Part shown: positions 37,731 through 50,306 of the stretch, piece after piece
Numbering within the stretch: the stretch's first letter is position 1
Layout: the number at the start of each line of letters is the position of its first letter
Notes under the pieces: model-generated
What the model was told of the DNA's origin: nothing
What the model saw: only the letters and a program-made list of their open reading frames with translations
The model's database searches: none
From: Setoptus koraiensis
Taxonomy: Eukaryota > Animalia > Arthropoda
NCBI GenBank assembly: GCA_048013815.1
Contig: CM106586.1
Coordinates: 11,160,001 to 11,224,000 of the forward strand
DNA: 64,000 nt
Reading direction: 5' to 3'
Position numbers and translations under genes: made by a program

Positions 37731-38499
37731 TCAGTCTGTGTAACATTTATTCGTCGTGTCGATGGTGCATTCCTTAGAGAGACACGTATTTTATATTTGC
37801 CACTAATTCTCTACATCACCTCCAGACTAGTTAGTGTCGACTGCTGCTTCATCTCCGCTGGAATCGACACACTATGACTAATTAATTATTACGATTATTC
37901 TAACGCTGATTGGCAATTGTTGCATTTTTGATGGCCAAACAATTTTGCTATTATTTGCATAATTTCGCATGAGAACAAGATACACACACACGCACTCAGA
38001 CAGACACACACACACACATACGCGAAATCTTAATTGAGAATAGAGATTACATTGCTCGAATGTGATCACGACGAATATAAGACGACAATATATTTACATT
38101 TCATTCGTCACAAATCACAACCTATCATCACTTGAATCACCTTAAGTAGGAAAAGCCCAGGTTTGCCGATATTACATCGTTTGGACCACTCACTATATAC
38201 TATATATCACATCACAAGACAATTGTATTCCGCGCGTCTCCAGCGTATCCAATTATACCAAGCAAACAGTTTATTTATCACGTCAACTCCATCATATTGA
38301 TTGCATTGATCGATTTTTTCCAGGTTCATGTCTACAAATCTTTATAGCATCTTCCAGTACCAACGATATCCATTTATACATACATATATCGATTTGTCTT
38401 CACAACAATATTAATCACTGCTACCCCATCACCACATCAGCGCCATTATCAACCAGCTGACAGAGGAAGCCGACTAGCTATATTCATAGTATAGTTGTT

Positions 38500-39762
38500 G
38501 TGGATTTAAATCAAGCAGACATTCTCAACGCACCGACAACTATATTATCCAGATTACCAGGGATCAGCAACTATACAAACGATAACTCAAAAAATACACC
38601 CACACACATCCAGGAAAACATGGCGGCCATCATGACAGGCGACGAATTGACCAGTAACAAGACAATTAGTGATATCATTGAGGATATTATTGGGCAGATA
38701 TTGTCGGCACATCCTGAAACCCCCACCATTACACCCATCGCACCACCTACACCACCACCAGCCACTGCCGAAATACCTCCGCAACCGGCTACTACTACCA
38801 GCCCAACTGCAGCCATCACTTCAGACGACATTGTAACCGACACCACTGCAGGCACCACCGTAAACAACACTGTAGCTAACACCATCACAGACACCACTCT
38901 AAACAACACTGTAACCAACACCACTTCGGCCACCACTGTAGACAACACTATAACCAGCACCACCACGGTCACCTCTGTAAACAACACTATAACCAACACC
39001 GCCACCACCACGGCCACCTCTGTAAGCAACCCTGTAACCAAGACTACAGCCAACACTACCATCACCACTAGTACTGAACTAAATGGTCAACCTCAACCAG
39101 CGGTGGAACAAAATGGCGGATCATCTGTTGGATCATCGTCAGGAGAAAAACCCAAAAGGAAAAGAAAATCTAGCTCTTTACTATCTGATGTTGAGAGCAG
39201 TGAACCTAGTGAGAGTGGCGGTGGTAGAACAAAAAGAGCTCGCACCAAGACTCAGCTATTCCAGTCGCCGGGTCAAATTGCAACCAGGATGAATAGATCT
39301 GCCAGCCAATCCGATTTCGACGAGACTCTCAGTGAAAAGTCCAAAGAGGACAGTCAAAAGAAAAAAGTCGAATATGAAAAATATCAAATTCTAGCAGTTC
39401 GAAGCGAATCCGGTTTCTATTTATGCAGAACGGCTCAGGGCTCTCGTTCAAACAGTGATCTCAAAATAGAGTGGTTAGACAGTAAAGATGAAAAACATTA
39501 CACTCTCACAAAACATTTTGACAAAGTTACTCACGCATCAGTGCTAGCGGAGCTGTATCTAGATAAATTAAAATTGCCAGATCAAAGATCGCGCACCTAC
39601 ATTCTTGACGACGACAGTAGAAATATCATAGAGAAAGCCTTGAGGGATAGTCTGAAGCTTGGCAAAGATAAGGTTGAGCCGTGTCAGGCAGAAGTCAAAC
39701 TGAACGACTCTAAAGAAGAATCCCCATCTACCAGGAGAAGAAGATCTACTAGGAACTCTTAA
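38500..39762 (+). CDS. Uncharacterised protein: Pro/Thr-rich repeat region, basic NLS-like motifs and a compact C-terminal domain; start uncertain
   Basis: 420-codon open frame (first ATG near 38619). KPKRKRK, TKRARTK and RRRRS motifs; globular-looking block YQILAVRSESGFYLC...LKIEWL...RNIIEKAL. No signal peptide. Confidence 0.7.
   Translation: MDLNQADILNAPTTILSRLPGISNYTNDNSKNTPTHIQENMAAIMTGDELTSNKTISDIIEDIIGQILSAHPETPTITPIAPPTPPPATAEIPPQPATTTSPTAAITSDDIVTDTTAGTTVNNTVANTITDTTLNNTVTNTTSATTVDNTITSTTTVTSVNNTITNTATTTATSVSNPVTKTTANTTITTSTELNGQPQPAVEQNGGSSVGSSSGEKPKRKRKSSSLLSDVESSEPSESGGGRTKRARTKTQLFQSPGQIATRMNRSASQSDFDETLSEKSKEDSQKKKVEYEKYQILAVRSESGFYLCRTAQGSRSNSDLKIEWLDSKDEKHYTLTKHFDKVTHASVLAELYLDKLKLPDQRSRTYILDDDSRNIIEKALRDSLKLGKDKVEPCQAEVKLNDSKEESPSTRRRRSTRNS
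38854..39054 (+). repeat. Coding minisatellite: five copies of a 39-bp (13-aa) unit, one extended to 45 bp
   Basis: Units of the form ACCACTGTAAACAACACTGTAACCAACACC... encode T(T/S)VNNT(V/I)TNT. Confidence 0.9.
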
Positions 39763-40597
39763 TATACTAGAACATGCCCTTCTTTTTCACACATATTTTG
39801 TGATATCAAGTTGCACTGGGTCTCTCTTTTATTATTTGCTGAGATTCGAGCCTCGGCATGTTTTACCAATACATCAAGCATGACAATCGAATCGGGCAAA
39901 CTTTAATTATTGTTAGATGCACCTTCAAAAGAACCATAAAATTCGTCCAACTTAATTTCTACAAACCAAATTATCTCAACTTATATTGAAATTTATCTTG
40001 TTACTCATCACTAGAAAGGTTATCGTGTAATCGTTGTGAGAAGATTCTATATTTATAAATTAAAACCTTTGCTTCAACATGCGAACTTCAACAAATTATA
40101 TACTTCTTATATCCAGGCTCACTGTTCTAATTTTCAATGTTGTGGGGGCATGCACCGATAATCGATATGTCAGTGCACGAAACCTTTCGATTGCTGAAAG
40201 ATCACCCTCACATCTGGCCAAGGATTTTAATGTCTATGCTACTGATTAGACCAGTCCAACAGATTTTCTCTTGGGCCATGAATAGTTTCTACTTCTGATG
40301 TAGTATGGTTATTTAGTAGAGATACAAAAACTATATCTGCCACCTAACTAGAGAGAAAAGAATGATCAGAATATTTTTTTAACATAAAGCCCGAGCATGT
40401 GTTTGAATAATTAATATAGTTTTCAGATTTTGTCATATATATATATATTTCGATTTTATTAGAGTAGTAGTTGAACCAAACAAACATACAATCCATCCAG
40501 TTTTGCGGATAAGATAAGTTGGGAGAAAATGATAATTTTCCCAGCAAAGCCATCAAGTATTGTACAATAGAAGCAACAATCATCATCCTTCACGAGA

Positions 40598-42445
40598 ATG
40601 GCGCCAGCAAGAAATAGCATGATTAAGATTAATATCATTAGTAGTGTATTGTTTCTGCTAGCTTCTGCATCTTTAGCAGAATTAAGTCTATTGCCGGCAA
40701 AACATCGTCAAGATAAAGCCATGGACGTTGTTGACAAAACTCCTGTAAGTTATATCAGGAGTTGGATAACATTATGTACTGTTGTATTTATTTCAAACTA
40801 AATCACTAAATCAACTGAACATATCTCTCGATATATTGACGATAGGCACAATTGATAGAATTGAGAGGTTTCGTTGCCGAAGAGCACGCAGTAGTGACTG
40901 AAGATGGGTATATTTTACAGGTAGTCAGAATTATAAACCCGCTGGCGAAAAGAAGAAACTTGAAGCGTCCAGTATTGTTTAATCATGGATTGATAGAGAG
41001 CGCAACAATATGGTTAATCAATTCAAGGTCGATGAGGCCTAAGAGATATCCTTCGATTGTACCCGACTTTCAAAGTAGAAACGCCTCGATGATAAACGCT
41101 CCAATGTTGTTGTCGAATCAAGGTTACGATGTTTGGCTTTTATCGATGCGAGGCACCGACTTCTCTCAAGGACACATGAATGAAACCGTCAACGATTCTG
41201 TCTATTGGGACTACTGTCTGGATGATTTCGCCTTGAAAGATATACCAGCCACCATTGATTACATAAGGTTAGTTACGGGAGCGGAAAAAATTGGTTACGT
41301 TGGTCATTCTCAGGCAACGTTTAGTATATTTGCCTTATTGTCCACAAAACCCAAATATGCGGATATTGTAGAGCCAGTCGCAGCCTTTGCTCCGGTTGCT
41401 TTCATGCACCACACGACATCACTGGCAAGACCAGTGTTCAAAATAGCAGCCGATTTGCCCATCGTTGATAAATTGAATATTCCATCGCCATTATTCTGTC
41501 CGGAATTGAGAAAAGGACTGAAGGGTGCTTGTGATAAATCGAAATTTGTCGTTCTCAAGTCATTTTGCATGGCTGAAGAGCTGTTAATAGCTGGAATGGG
41601 CCAGAATTTTGTAAGTTGTTACACGAGCCATGTCCAGCCTCATTGTCATTTCATATCGAACAAATTTATATTAAGCATGCCTTCTCAAAATCATCCTATT
41701 GTCGGCCATTTTTCTTTAGAAACAAGGTTTCTTCAGCCATCTGCCGTTTTACTCTAGCTTGAAGGTGTTCAGACACTTTGGTCAATTGGTCAACAGCAAA
41801 AGATTTTGCCATTATAATTATGGCAAAGAAGGGAATCTGATTCATTACAAAAATGTAAGCCATCAATGATGAATGATAATCTCATCAATCGCTACTCAGA
41901 TTTTTATGCAGCTCTTAAATTATTTGTCTCCTGTTATTTGTCAAAAATGCCTAGGCAACGAACCCCGACTACGATATTGCGCGTATAAGATCAAGATCTA
42001 TAAGCTTGTTCTGGACTAAATTCGACTCATTGTCAACTCCCAAAGATGTCAAGAAATTCGTCAGTAAACTAAAAGGTAAGCAAGAGATTAGTAAAGTAAA
42101 TCATCCGGATTGTTCCATCAAATTATTAGATTGATTGATATATTCGATTTGTCACTTCTTTGCCGTCTCACTATTTTGTTAGTTCCTATATTCAGGAGCA
42201 TTTACACAGATGAAAAAATCAATCACATGGATTTGTTGCTCTCCGATAGAGCTCATCAATTTAACAAGCCCCTGCTGGAGATTCTCGAACATTTCGAAAA
42301 CGGTATCGATTTTGACTTCGAAAGAGCCAAACTAGAACTTGATAGACATTTGTTGGTTAGCGAAGAGATAGAAGATTATGATTCGGAAGTTAAGTCAATC
42401 GCTTGGGATTCACCCGGTCTGTCCATCAAAGTCAGCATGAGCTGA
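40598..42445 (+). CDS. Lysosomal acid/gastric lipase-like alpha/beta hydrolase, 5 predicted exons
   Basis: Signal-peptide exon (donor at 40745); VTEDGYIL, PVLFNHGLI, GYDVWL..RG, nucleophile GHSQA; later exons give FRHFGQLV..YNYG, catalytic Asp (KFDSLS) and His (NHMDLL). Confidence 0.93.
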
Positions 42446-43119
42446 TGATACGAGAACAAAAATATGCCAGTATGTCGCTTATGATTAATAAATACGCCGG
42501 TATATAACATGTGAGCTGTAAGTTCGTGCACAAATTGCGAGGCTTGGTAGAATCATAACTGATTGGATTTTTGAATGTTGTGACATTAACTTTTGACTCA
42601 ATTGTTATAAAGTGACGACCCTCATGCTGATGGAAAGCCTCATCAATTGTTATTAAATAAGAATCATTTCTATAATACTAAAAACTACAACTTGTGACAT
42701 GTTTTTAAGGCATTTTCTTTGCTCGAAATCGCTCGATCGGGACCAAGAGTGCCTTATTAGACGAATGAACATTACCCACCCGAAATGAAGATTTGAAAAA
42801 ACTTTACCCGCCTGCTCATGAAAGATGATCAAAGTACGATAAGAGTACTTCGGCCAGTTGAGCGGACTCTGTTTACTACATCACTCGGTATTCTAGAACA
42901 GTTTTGTATATTATAACCATGGTAACTATCGTTATGATTTTAGCTTGCGCACAAAGTAGTTGTAGCATTTGCATTGTATTGTTCAATTTGTTTCATTACT
43001 CCTGTACACTGGTAGTGGGCAATATTTAACACCCGAAATCAAACAATTTTTGGCATGCAACTTGAACAATTTCTATACTCAAACAAACAAAATTAGACAA
43101 TTTCCAGATAATAATCGTA

Positions 43120-45177
43120 ATGGAAAATGCCGAACAAGTAGAGAGCCTTTGGCACGATTTACACGACAAACAACTTCTTGCTATAGATTTGAGACGATTT
43201 CTTGAGGCTTGTCAACTAAATTACATAATGAGTGAGAACTTGATCAGATGGACAAAAATTTATTTCACCAATGAAACAAGCAAAAATAATGGTTCCTCGA
43301 ATAAATTATCCAAAGGTGTTGAGAGGATAGATCCAGAACAAAGTTCTGTAGTTGAGTCAGTAAAAACAATTGTAACGAGCCTGATAGAGTTACTTAGACT
43401 AAACTCCATAATTTACTACGCCTACGATGAAGTGAATAAGTTTGTTGAGGTCAGAATTACAATAATTATCTATTATAATACGCATATAATCTATATAGTC
43501 TTATCAACTACATGTTAATAATTTTCTCTTGAATTCAATTGGCGCAACTCTCAGGACCGGATGACTTGCTCGAATCTGAACAATTGGCCGCTTCATCAAC
43601 TGAAGATACTATTCAATAAGTGCCTCTACTTATTGCGAATGAGCAACTCACATTATGCTAATGATGATACCAAGTATGAGGTGCCAAAATTTTGCTTGCA
43701 AAGTCGCTCTCAATTGCCATCATTCATTTCATCTATTTTGGATCCCATCGGGAAAAAGGCAAACATAAGATATATCACAGATCTGGCAATCGCTAGAATT
43801 GGTAGAGGTGTTTCATTGGCGAACATCTATAGATGCTTAATTGAACTAAGCATTTTTGCAGGCCACAAGAATCTGAGCATTTTGTTGCATAGGATTGTTG
43901 TCAAATCCATTCATTTTGATTCGTGTGAATTCAAATCAAGACTGTTCAATGAAGACTCAATCATCTATAATCTAGAGGCGATGTTACATGAGGAAGAAGA
44001 ATCAGACGACGATAACGACGACGATGAGGAACCTTCCATTGGCGTAAATTCACAACTTGACAGTGATACTAATCCACAGGAATTACAGGAAAAACATTTG
44101 GCGTCATCCATCAGGAACCCTTCTGACAGCTTTAGTGTGAAACACAGAAAGAAGTGCTTGATGGAACACATCGAGCAAAGTTGTTTTAAATTCTTGTGTC
44201 GATTGTGTTCTCATTTGACAACTTTCAGCGTGAGCCTAAATGATAAATGTACTCATTGTCAACAGAATATATATTTTTGTTCGTTCTCATTTGAGCCCAT
44301 TGATATTGTCGATTTGAGTTTTGATTTCGAAATCAATCAAGTAAAAGATATTCTGAAACAGAATGTCAGACCTCATCTAAGAAACTTGACGAAATCATTA
44401 TCCGAGTCGATTAAGACAGAGGCGCTTACGTCTGATGGACCAGACCATGGATCACCAGATGGATCAGGCTATTCTTCATCTAATAGATCAAAAACTTTCA
44501 CTGAGACCACTATCAACGCTAAAAGTGGAAAACTGGTAGAAAAGATGACATTGACAATGAATTCTGATAGTAATAGCGACAATGACGGTGATGCGAATGA
44601 AACAAATGACTATCGTAGTATAACACAGTATGAATCTGCAGATTTTAACGAGATCCATCAATTGGAACCAGTCGATGAAATAGTGCGACAATACTATACC
44701 TCAGATTTCCAATATCAAGACGAACAAAAAGAGTTGACTGAGAGCTTCAAGCTTTTGAATTATTATCTCTTCGAGACATCAATAGCTAAGACGAACGCAT
44801 CTGAGCACATAGACAGGAAGACATATTTCAAATCTCTTCTCAAAGCGCCATTGAGCGTAAGAAAAGACAACTTGAATGTGATGAAACTGATCAACTACTG
44901 TGATCTAATTATCTTGGAGCCAACAGCTTTCGAGCATTCAATCAGAATCTTAGATTCTACTACTGCTCACCAAGAAAAGATATTTCTAAAAACAAGGAAC
45001 TTTGTTTCAATCTATTGGTGTAGTTTAGGTTGTCAGGCTATCTTTGATCGAAAAGTAGTGGAAGTATTGAGCGCTGACTTGAGATTGTCCATTTTGTCTA
45101 AGCCAAACGAGCAAGCTCATCAAAATGATCTAATACCCTGTCCAATCTGTAAGTCCAATCTTACAGTGCTAGAATGA
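43120..45177 (+). CDS. Uncharacterised ~650-aa protein with Cys clusters and an acidic tract, 2 predicted exons
   Basis: Exon 43120-43449, intron 43450-43554 (GT..CAG, phase 0), exon 43555-45177. CRLCSH...CTHC, CSLGC and CPIC motifs; EEEESDDDNDDDEE tract. Confidence 0.75.
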
Positions 45178-45731
45178 TAGTCTAAAATACCTCAAAGTCT
45201 ATTCAGATAGAACAAACAGTGGGTACAAAGGGCCTGCATTTACCCTGCATTGACAGTTGGAAGCTACATCATTTCTCAAATTCGTAAATCAGCATCAATA
45301 AAAGACATATTCTTAACTGTTGTTGATTTGATTAATCAACAAAGATTTAAGGTGAAAGTTGCACTTCTCATCTGAATCTCCAAGAAATGAACAGCTCAAC
45401 ATCGAAACTTTTTGAAGCTTTTTATACACGTAACGAGTCATTCGCGTGGACTTGATTACAAAAATCTATTTCAACTAATAATTTACCCAATAAATATTCT
45501 AAGTATACACAAGTTCTTAGGAGGTCTGCAATTGCTGTCTCAGGAGAGATCATTCACATATCTGTCTATTATAAATATTAAAAATTATACGTATCTTCAG
45601 GAAATCAACGATGACTTATAGTTAAGATTGGTTAGCGACTTGGTGAGGTATCCAGTAAGATGCATTGAGGGTAGAATGAATACCAGATAACAGAATCTTG
45701 TTTGCAGCAGTAAGTAATACCAAAATTATAT

Positions 45732-48352
45732 CTATATGATACGAAAAAAACTGCTCTTCTCATGACTCTGAGTAGCAGATTGCAACTTGTTTTGCTCTTC
45801 TGGACTCAGTTTTAGCATTGTCGACAATACCGGTATCAGTCTTTGTTTCTCCGCCTGGCCATCCAAAGACACAAATTTGATAACTATATTTTTGAGGTAC
45901 TCTAAGTTATCAGCAAGGTCTAGTCTGTCGTGTCCCCGCTGTATTCTTCTTATTTCTTCTTTGAGTGCGGTGACCTGATCAGATAGAAGCTTGTTGGTTT
46001 TCTCGCTTTCTAAATAAGCTTGCGTCAAATAGTCTATTTGAGCATGGGCATCATTCAATATAGACGATTTTCCACCGAGGATCTCAACTGGGGCGGCCTT
46101 GAATGGTAGGCCTACTATTATAAAGACAGTAATAAAAAAAGTAAAAGTCAAATGTTTCGTTCGAAAAATTAGACAGAGATTATTCAGCAACATTAAGAAG
46201 ATAAATAGTTCTAGTGATCTTACTGACCATTAGTATACAGCAATTCGCTGTGGCGTCCCACCCTAAGGGGAAGAACATCCTTATTCGATGGGTCAGGTGA
46301 ATCATCCATCAGTGTGAGGTCAAGGTTTGACCTACTCGGATTGTCACTGGATATCGATGGCTCATTATTATTTTCTGAGGATTCTTTTCTATCGCACAGT
46401 TGATCTCCACTCGACTGGATATAGCCATTTACATCATAATAGTTGATTTTATCCACTCGTGTCTCGATGTTGGCAGTAGATTCGGAAAGATTTTTTAGGG
46501 GATTCAATCCATTGAATTGCTCTAATGTAATTTTAAGTTCGGTATTCTCCGTCTGCATTTTGATCAATTTTTCTTCCAATTGAATTATTTCTTGCGAGGC
46601 TTTATTCTTAAACTCCACAAGGTTGTTCAATTCCAGAATCTTATCGTCAATTTCTTTCTTATTCGAAGAAGTCGCTTCTAGCAATTTTTGTCTAAAGGAA
46701 TTTAAATTTATGGAAAACGAAAGGAAATTAATCAGATGAATATTCAAGAATTGGACCAATCTTTTATATCGATATTAATGTCACTTACTCTAGAGTGGAA
46801 ATTTGACCCTTCAGACTTTCATTAGAGATCTTGAGTTGCTTCAATTTCTCTTGCTCAAAAGTTCGGATAGAATTCGCTTGGACTAAATTAGCGTCTTGCA
46901 TTAACTGTGAAACTTTGAGTTTATAGTTTTCAAATTCTAAATTCAAGGAATGAAGGTCATCTTCTGAAGATTTCAATTGCTGTTTCAATGATTGCACTTT
47001 TGTTTCAAATGATGCTCTTAGCTTTTCGTGGTTGATCCTCTCAGTATCTAAAGCCAATTGTAAAGTGGATAATTCTTCTCTAAGTTGTTTACACTCATTC
47101 TTAAAGGAAACAGAATCTGCCGAGATCTTAGAAGATTCAGATCTTAAAAGTTCTAGATCTCGCAATGTGATGTGGTATTTCTTTTCTGTGGCTTGGATAG
47201 TTTCGGTCATATCTTTAAGTTTAGCTTTAAGCTGATCTTTCTGTTCAACTTGCAACTTTATATCGGCCAGCTTACTTTCTAATTCAAAAATTATGTTCGA
47301 TTTTTTGTCTAGCTGAAGCTTGAGATCTTTGATATCCTCATCTGGTTTAAGCTGGGTATGTAACCTAAATTTCTTCTTTATAGTTTCATAGTCATCAAGG
47401 ATGCGGTCGTACTCAGTTTGGAGACTCTAAAAAAGGCAAATTTATACAAGTATATCTAAATTAGTATTGTGATCATTATAGATGATCGGAAGTGTATAGT
47501 AAAGAATATCCATTGAACATACATTGAAGTTTTTGACTTGCTGTGAGTAGAGTAAGGTCACTCGACTATTTTCTTTCTCGGCAACATCCAACTTTTCATT
47601 CGTTGCTTGAAGCTGATACAATAGGCAGGGTTAGAATAGTTTTGTTAGATCTCTATAATTAGTGAGAAATCATGGATGAGATCAATACCTATACTTACTT
47701 CGTTCCTGCTCTTTGCTAGATCTTTCTTTAATTTCACAGCTAGGGCTTTGAATTTGGAAAGTTTGTCGTCATCATCGGTCGGTGCTGGAGTTGGACTCAT
47801 CCCATAATTTGTGATTGCAATGGCACTTTGATTTACCTGTACGGTTTCGCCTTTGAAGCCTATATAGTAGATTCTGCATGGTTTGTTTTCGTTGTCCTCG
47901 ATGTTATTATTGGCGAAATATATTGATAGGTTACTGGCATTGAAAAATTTGGTTTGCTTGACACTGTACTCTACTAGTCCTTGTGGATCGTGGCTCATCT
48001 GGAATTCTTGATCCGGTTCGGAATTCGCATCATCGAAGGACATCCTGAGCCGATTTTTGAACAATTTCATTCGTGACAACTCCTCTGAGGCTATAACTAT
48101 CATACTCTTTATTTTAACATCACCAGTGAACGGTATGTTGAAAAGGAGTTCAGCATCTGTATCAGATTCAACATATCTGTCTTTGTCTAGTCGATCCGAG
48201 TACGGTTTGAATACTGTCCTAGCGGAGCCATCTATTTTTTCATTGAGGCATTCCACATTATTGAAATCGATTGCATCACGTAGGCAATTGCTATCCGAAC
48301 TGGTGTTTCCTTTATCGCTGGAACCATTGTAATCGTGGCTGATGTCGCACAT
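45732..48352 (-). CDS. Chimeric gene: N-terminal PITH domain (PITHD1 duplicate) fused to GCC2/GCC185-like coiled coil and C-terminal GRIP domain; 5 exons, about 741 aa
   Basis: Exons 48352-47699, 47612-47523, 47426-46789, 46691-46228 and 46111-45732 total 2226 nt with consistent phases. The PITH sequence runs without stop or intron into KFKALAVKLKKDL. The GRIP segment is NLEYLKNIVIKF...RLIPVLSTMLKLSPEE. Confidence 0.85.
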
Positions 48353-48991
48353 TATCCGTTTGTTTTTTATGATTAAACAAAAGGAATGATAATAGTATCC
48401 AACAATAATATGATTTTACCATAAATATTTGTTTAATAAGACAAAATTCTCGTTGTTCATACGAATGTTCATATGAAAAAATATATGCTCTTCTCACTTA
48501 TCGTTTTCTAAAATTATATCGTCATAGATAATGGTGCCCATCGAATTATTCTCTTTGGGGTTACATTGATGAAAATTTGTATTAGCATATATAGAAACGA
48601 TTAATATAATATCTGTTGAACCTAATTAGAAGAATATACCTGCCTCCCGTCGTTGGCCGGCAATCTATGTAAATACATTTTTTACTGTCAGCGGTGGTGT
48701 TTTGAATGACAACACGCTGTCGCGGGAATGCAGTTTGCATCACATATTCACACACCGCACACAAACGATAATGCATACACTTGAGGCACTTCAGATTATA
48801 TGATCCAAATAAACAAAAGCTGACAACCCATATGACTGCGAAAGGAGATTCTAGAGATTGTTTTCTTATGATAACATCATTATAATACCTATTCCATCTA
48901 CCAATAAAAGAATTCGAGGAAAATTAATCTTCCATTTCCATCGGAGCCACTGAAATATTTTTGCATTAAGACACTCATAAACAAGAAGAAA
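48353..48991. promoter_or_regulatory. Probable bidirectional promoter between PITH-GRIP chimera and PITHD1
   Basis: 639-bp AT-rich spacer between two divergent ATGs. Inferred from position only. Confidence 0.4.
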
Positions 48992-49621
48992 ATGTGCGAT
49001 CACAATCACGACCACGACGGTTGTTGCGACCACGGAGACAGCGTTGATAGCAACATGTCCATTGCCTACAGTCTTTATAATAAGATCGACACCAATAATT
49101 TGGAATGCCTCAACGAAAAGATAGACGGCTCGGGAAAGACAGTGTTTAAACCCTACTCAGAGCGACTAAACCTAGACAACTATGTTGAATCGGACACAGA
49201 CGCTGATCTCCTCTTCAACATACCATTCACTGGTGACGTTAAAATAAAGAGTATGATAGTAATAGCCTCGCAGGAGTTGTCACGCATGAAACTGTTCAAA
49301 AACCGTCTCAGGATGTCGTTCGATGACATACACAATGAACCGGATCAAGAATTTGAAATCAGCCACGACCCCCAAGGAGTAGTGGAGTACAGTGTCAAAC
49401 CAACTAAGTTCTTCAATGTTCATCATCTATCAATATATTTCCACAACACTGCCATTGATGACAATGAAAATCCTTGCCGAATCTACTATATTGGTTTAAA
49501 GGGAGAATTTACACAAGTGGATCGTAATGCTATTGTTATTGCCAATTATGAGATACGTCCAACAGCCGCACCGAATGATCCAGTCAATCTGACCGAAACT
49601 AATGTTCATCAAGTTCAGTAA
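48992..49621 (+). CDS. PITHD1: PITH domain-containing protein 1, intronless
   Basis: His/Cys-rich N-terminus; ECLNE...VFKP...YVESDTDADLLFNIPFTGDVKIKS, MKLFKNR..MSFDD, PDQEF, TKFFNVHHLSIYF, RIYYIGLKGEF, ANYE. Confidence 0.95.
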   Translation: MCDHNHDHDGCCDHGDSVDSNMSIAYSLYNKIDTNNLECLNEKIDGSGKTVFKPYSERLNLDNYVESDTDADLLFNIPFTGDVKIKSMIVIASQELSRMKLFKNRLRMSFDDIHNEPDQEFEISHDPQGVVEYSVKPTKFFNVHHLSIYFHNTAIDDNENPCRIYYIGLKGEFTQVDRNAIVIANYEIRPTAAPNDPVNLTETNVHQVQ

Positions 49622-50306
49622 AGAGATCCAACTACTACTTGTCTTATCTAACCATATCATAGTAGCTAAACTTCAAACCTATCCGCCTCAACAACCAGTA
49701 CATGCTCAAAGTCATTTCCTATCGCTTGTAAAGTTGCATAATAAAGTGTCACTCAAATCCTTCGAGGGGTAACCTCTTTTTTTGATGTTATAACCATCAA
49801 CTCACACTTTTAAAAAAATCTATTCAAGGTCAGATTTTTTTCATTATTATGATTGGCCTTTCTAGACTGGAGTGTAAAGGCCAGAGTAATTTCACCGGAA
49901 ATCTAGAACGATGCATTATGTTTAAATCAGTGGTGTTAGTGAGAGATGTGGCGTCCAAAGTTGCTGTCGAATTTGATTTATTATTATTATTAGTTAGTCA
50001 TTTGGTAATTTACAGTGTTGCTAATAACAAGTTGCTTGCGTGTTTTCTATTGTATTTATCATTCATCACAAGAGTTTTCATACATTTGTTTACTACTACA
50101 GCCCGATCAATTTTAGTATTATTTGTGTATCCGAAAGAGTGTGGGAGTTGTTAATTTTAAGAAAAAATACGTGTTGTTTAAAATTGAATGATGTATATTC
50201 ATCCTTGATTGCGAGTTCCAATTAATGCCAATTGAAGATCAACGTAAATAATTAATAAAAATTAATAAAGGCGATCTCATGTATTGTGAAGAGGAGATTA
50301 TTGCTG

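Noticed and set aside
2881-46775. Scattered TATCGATA (DRE-like) motifs
   Set aside because: Too few, and not consistently positioned at inferred gene starts.
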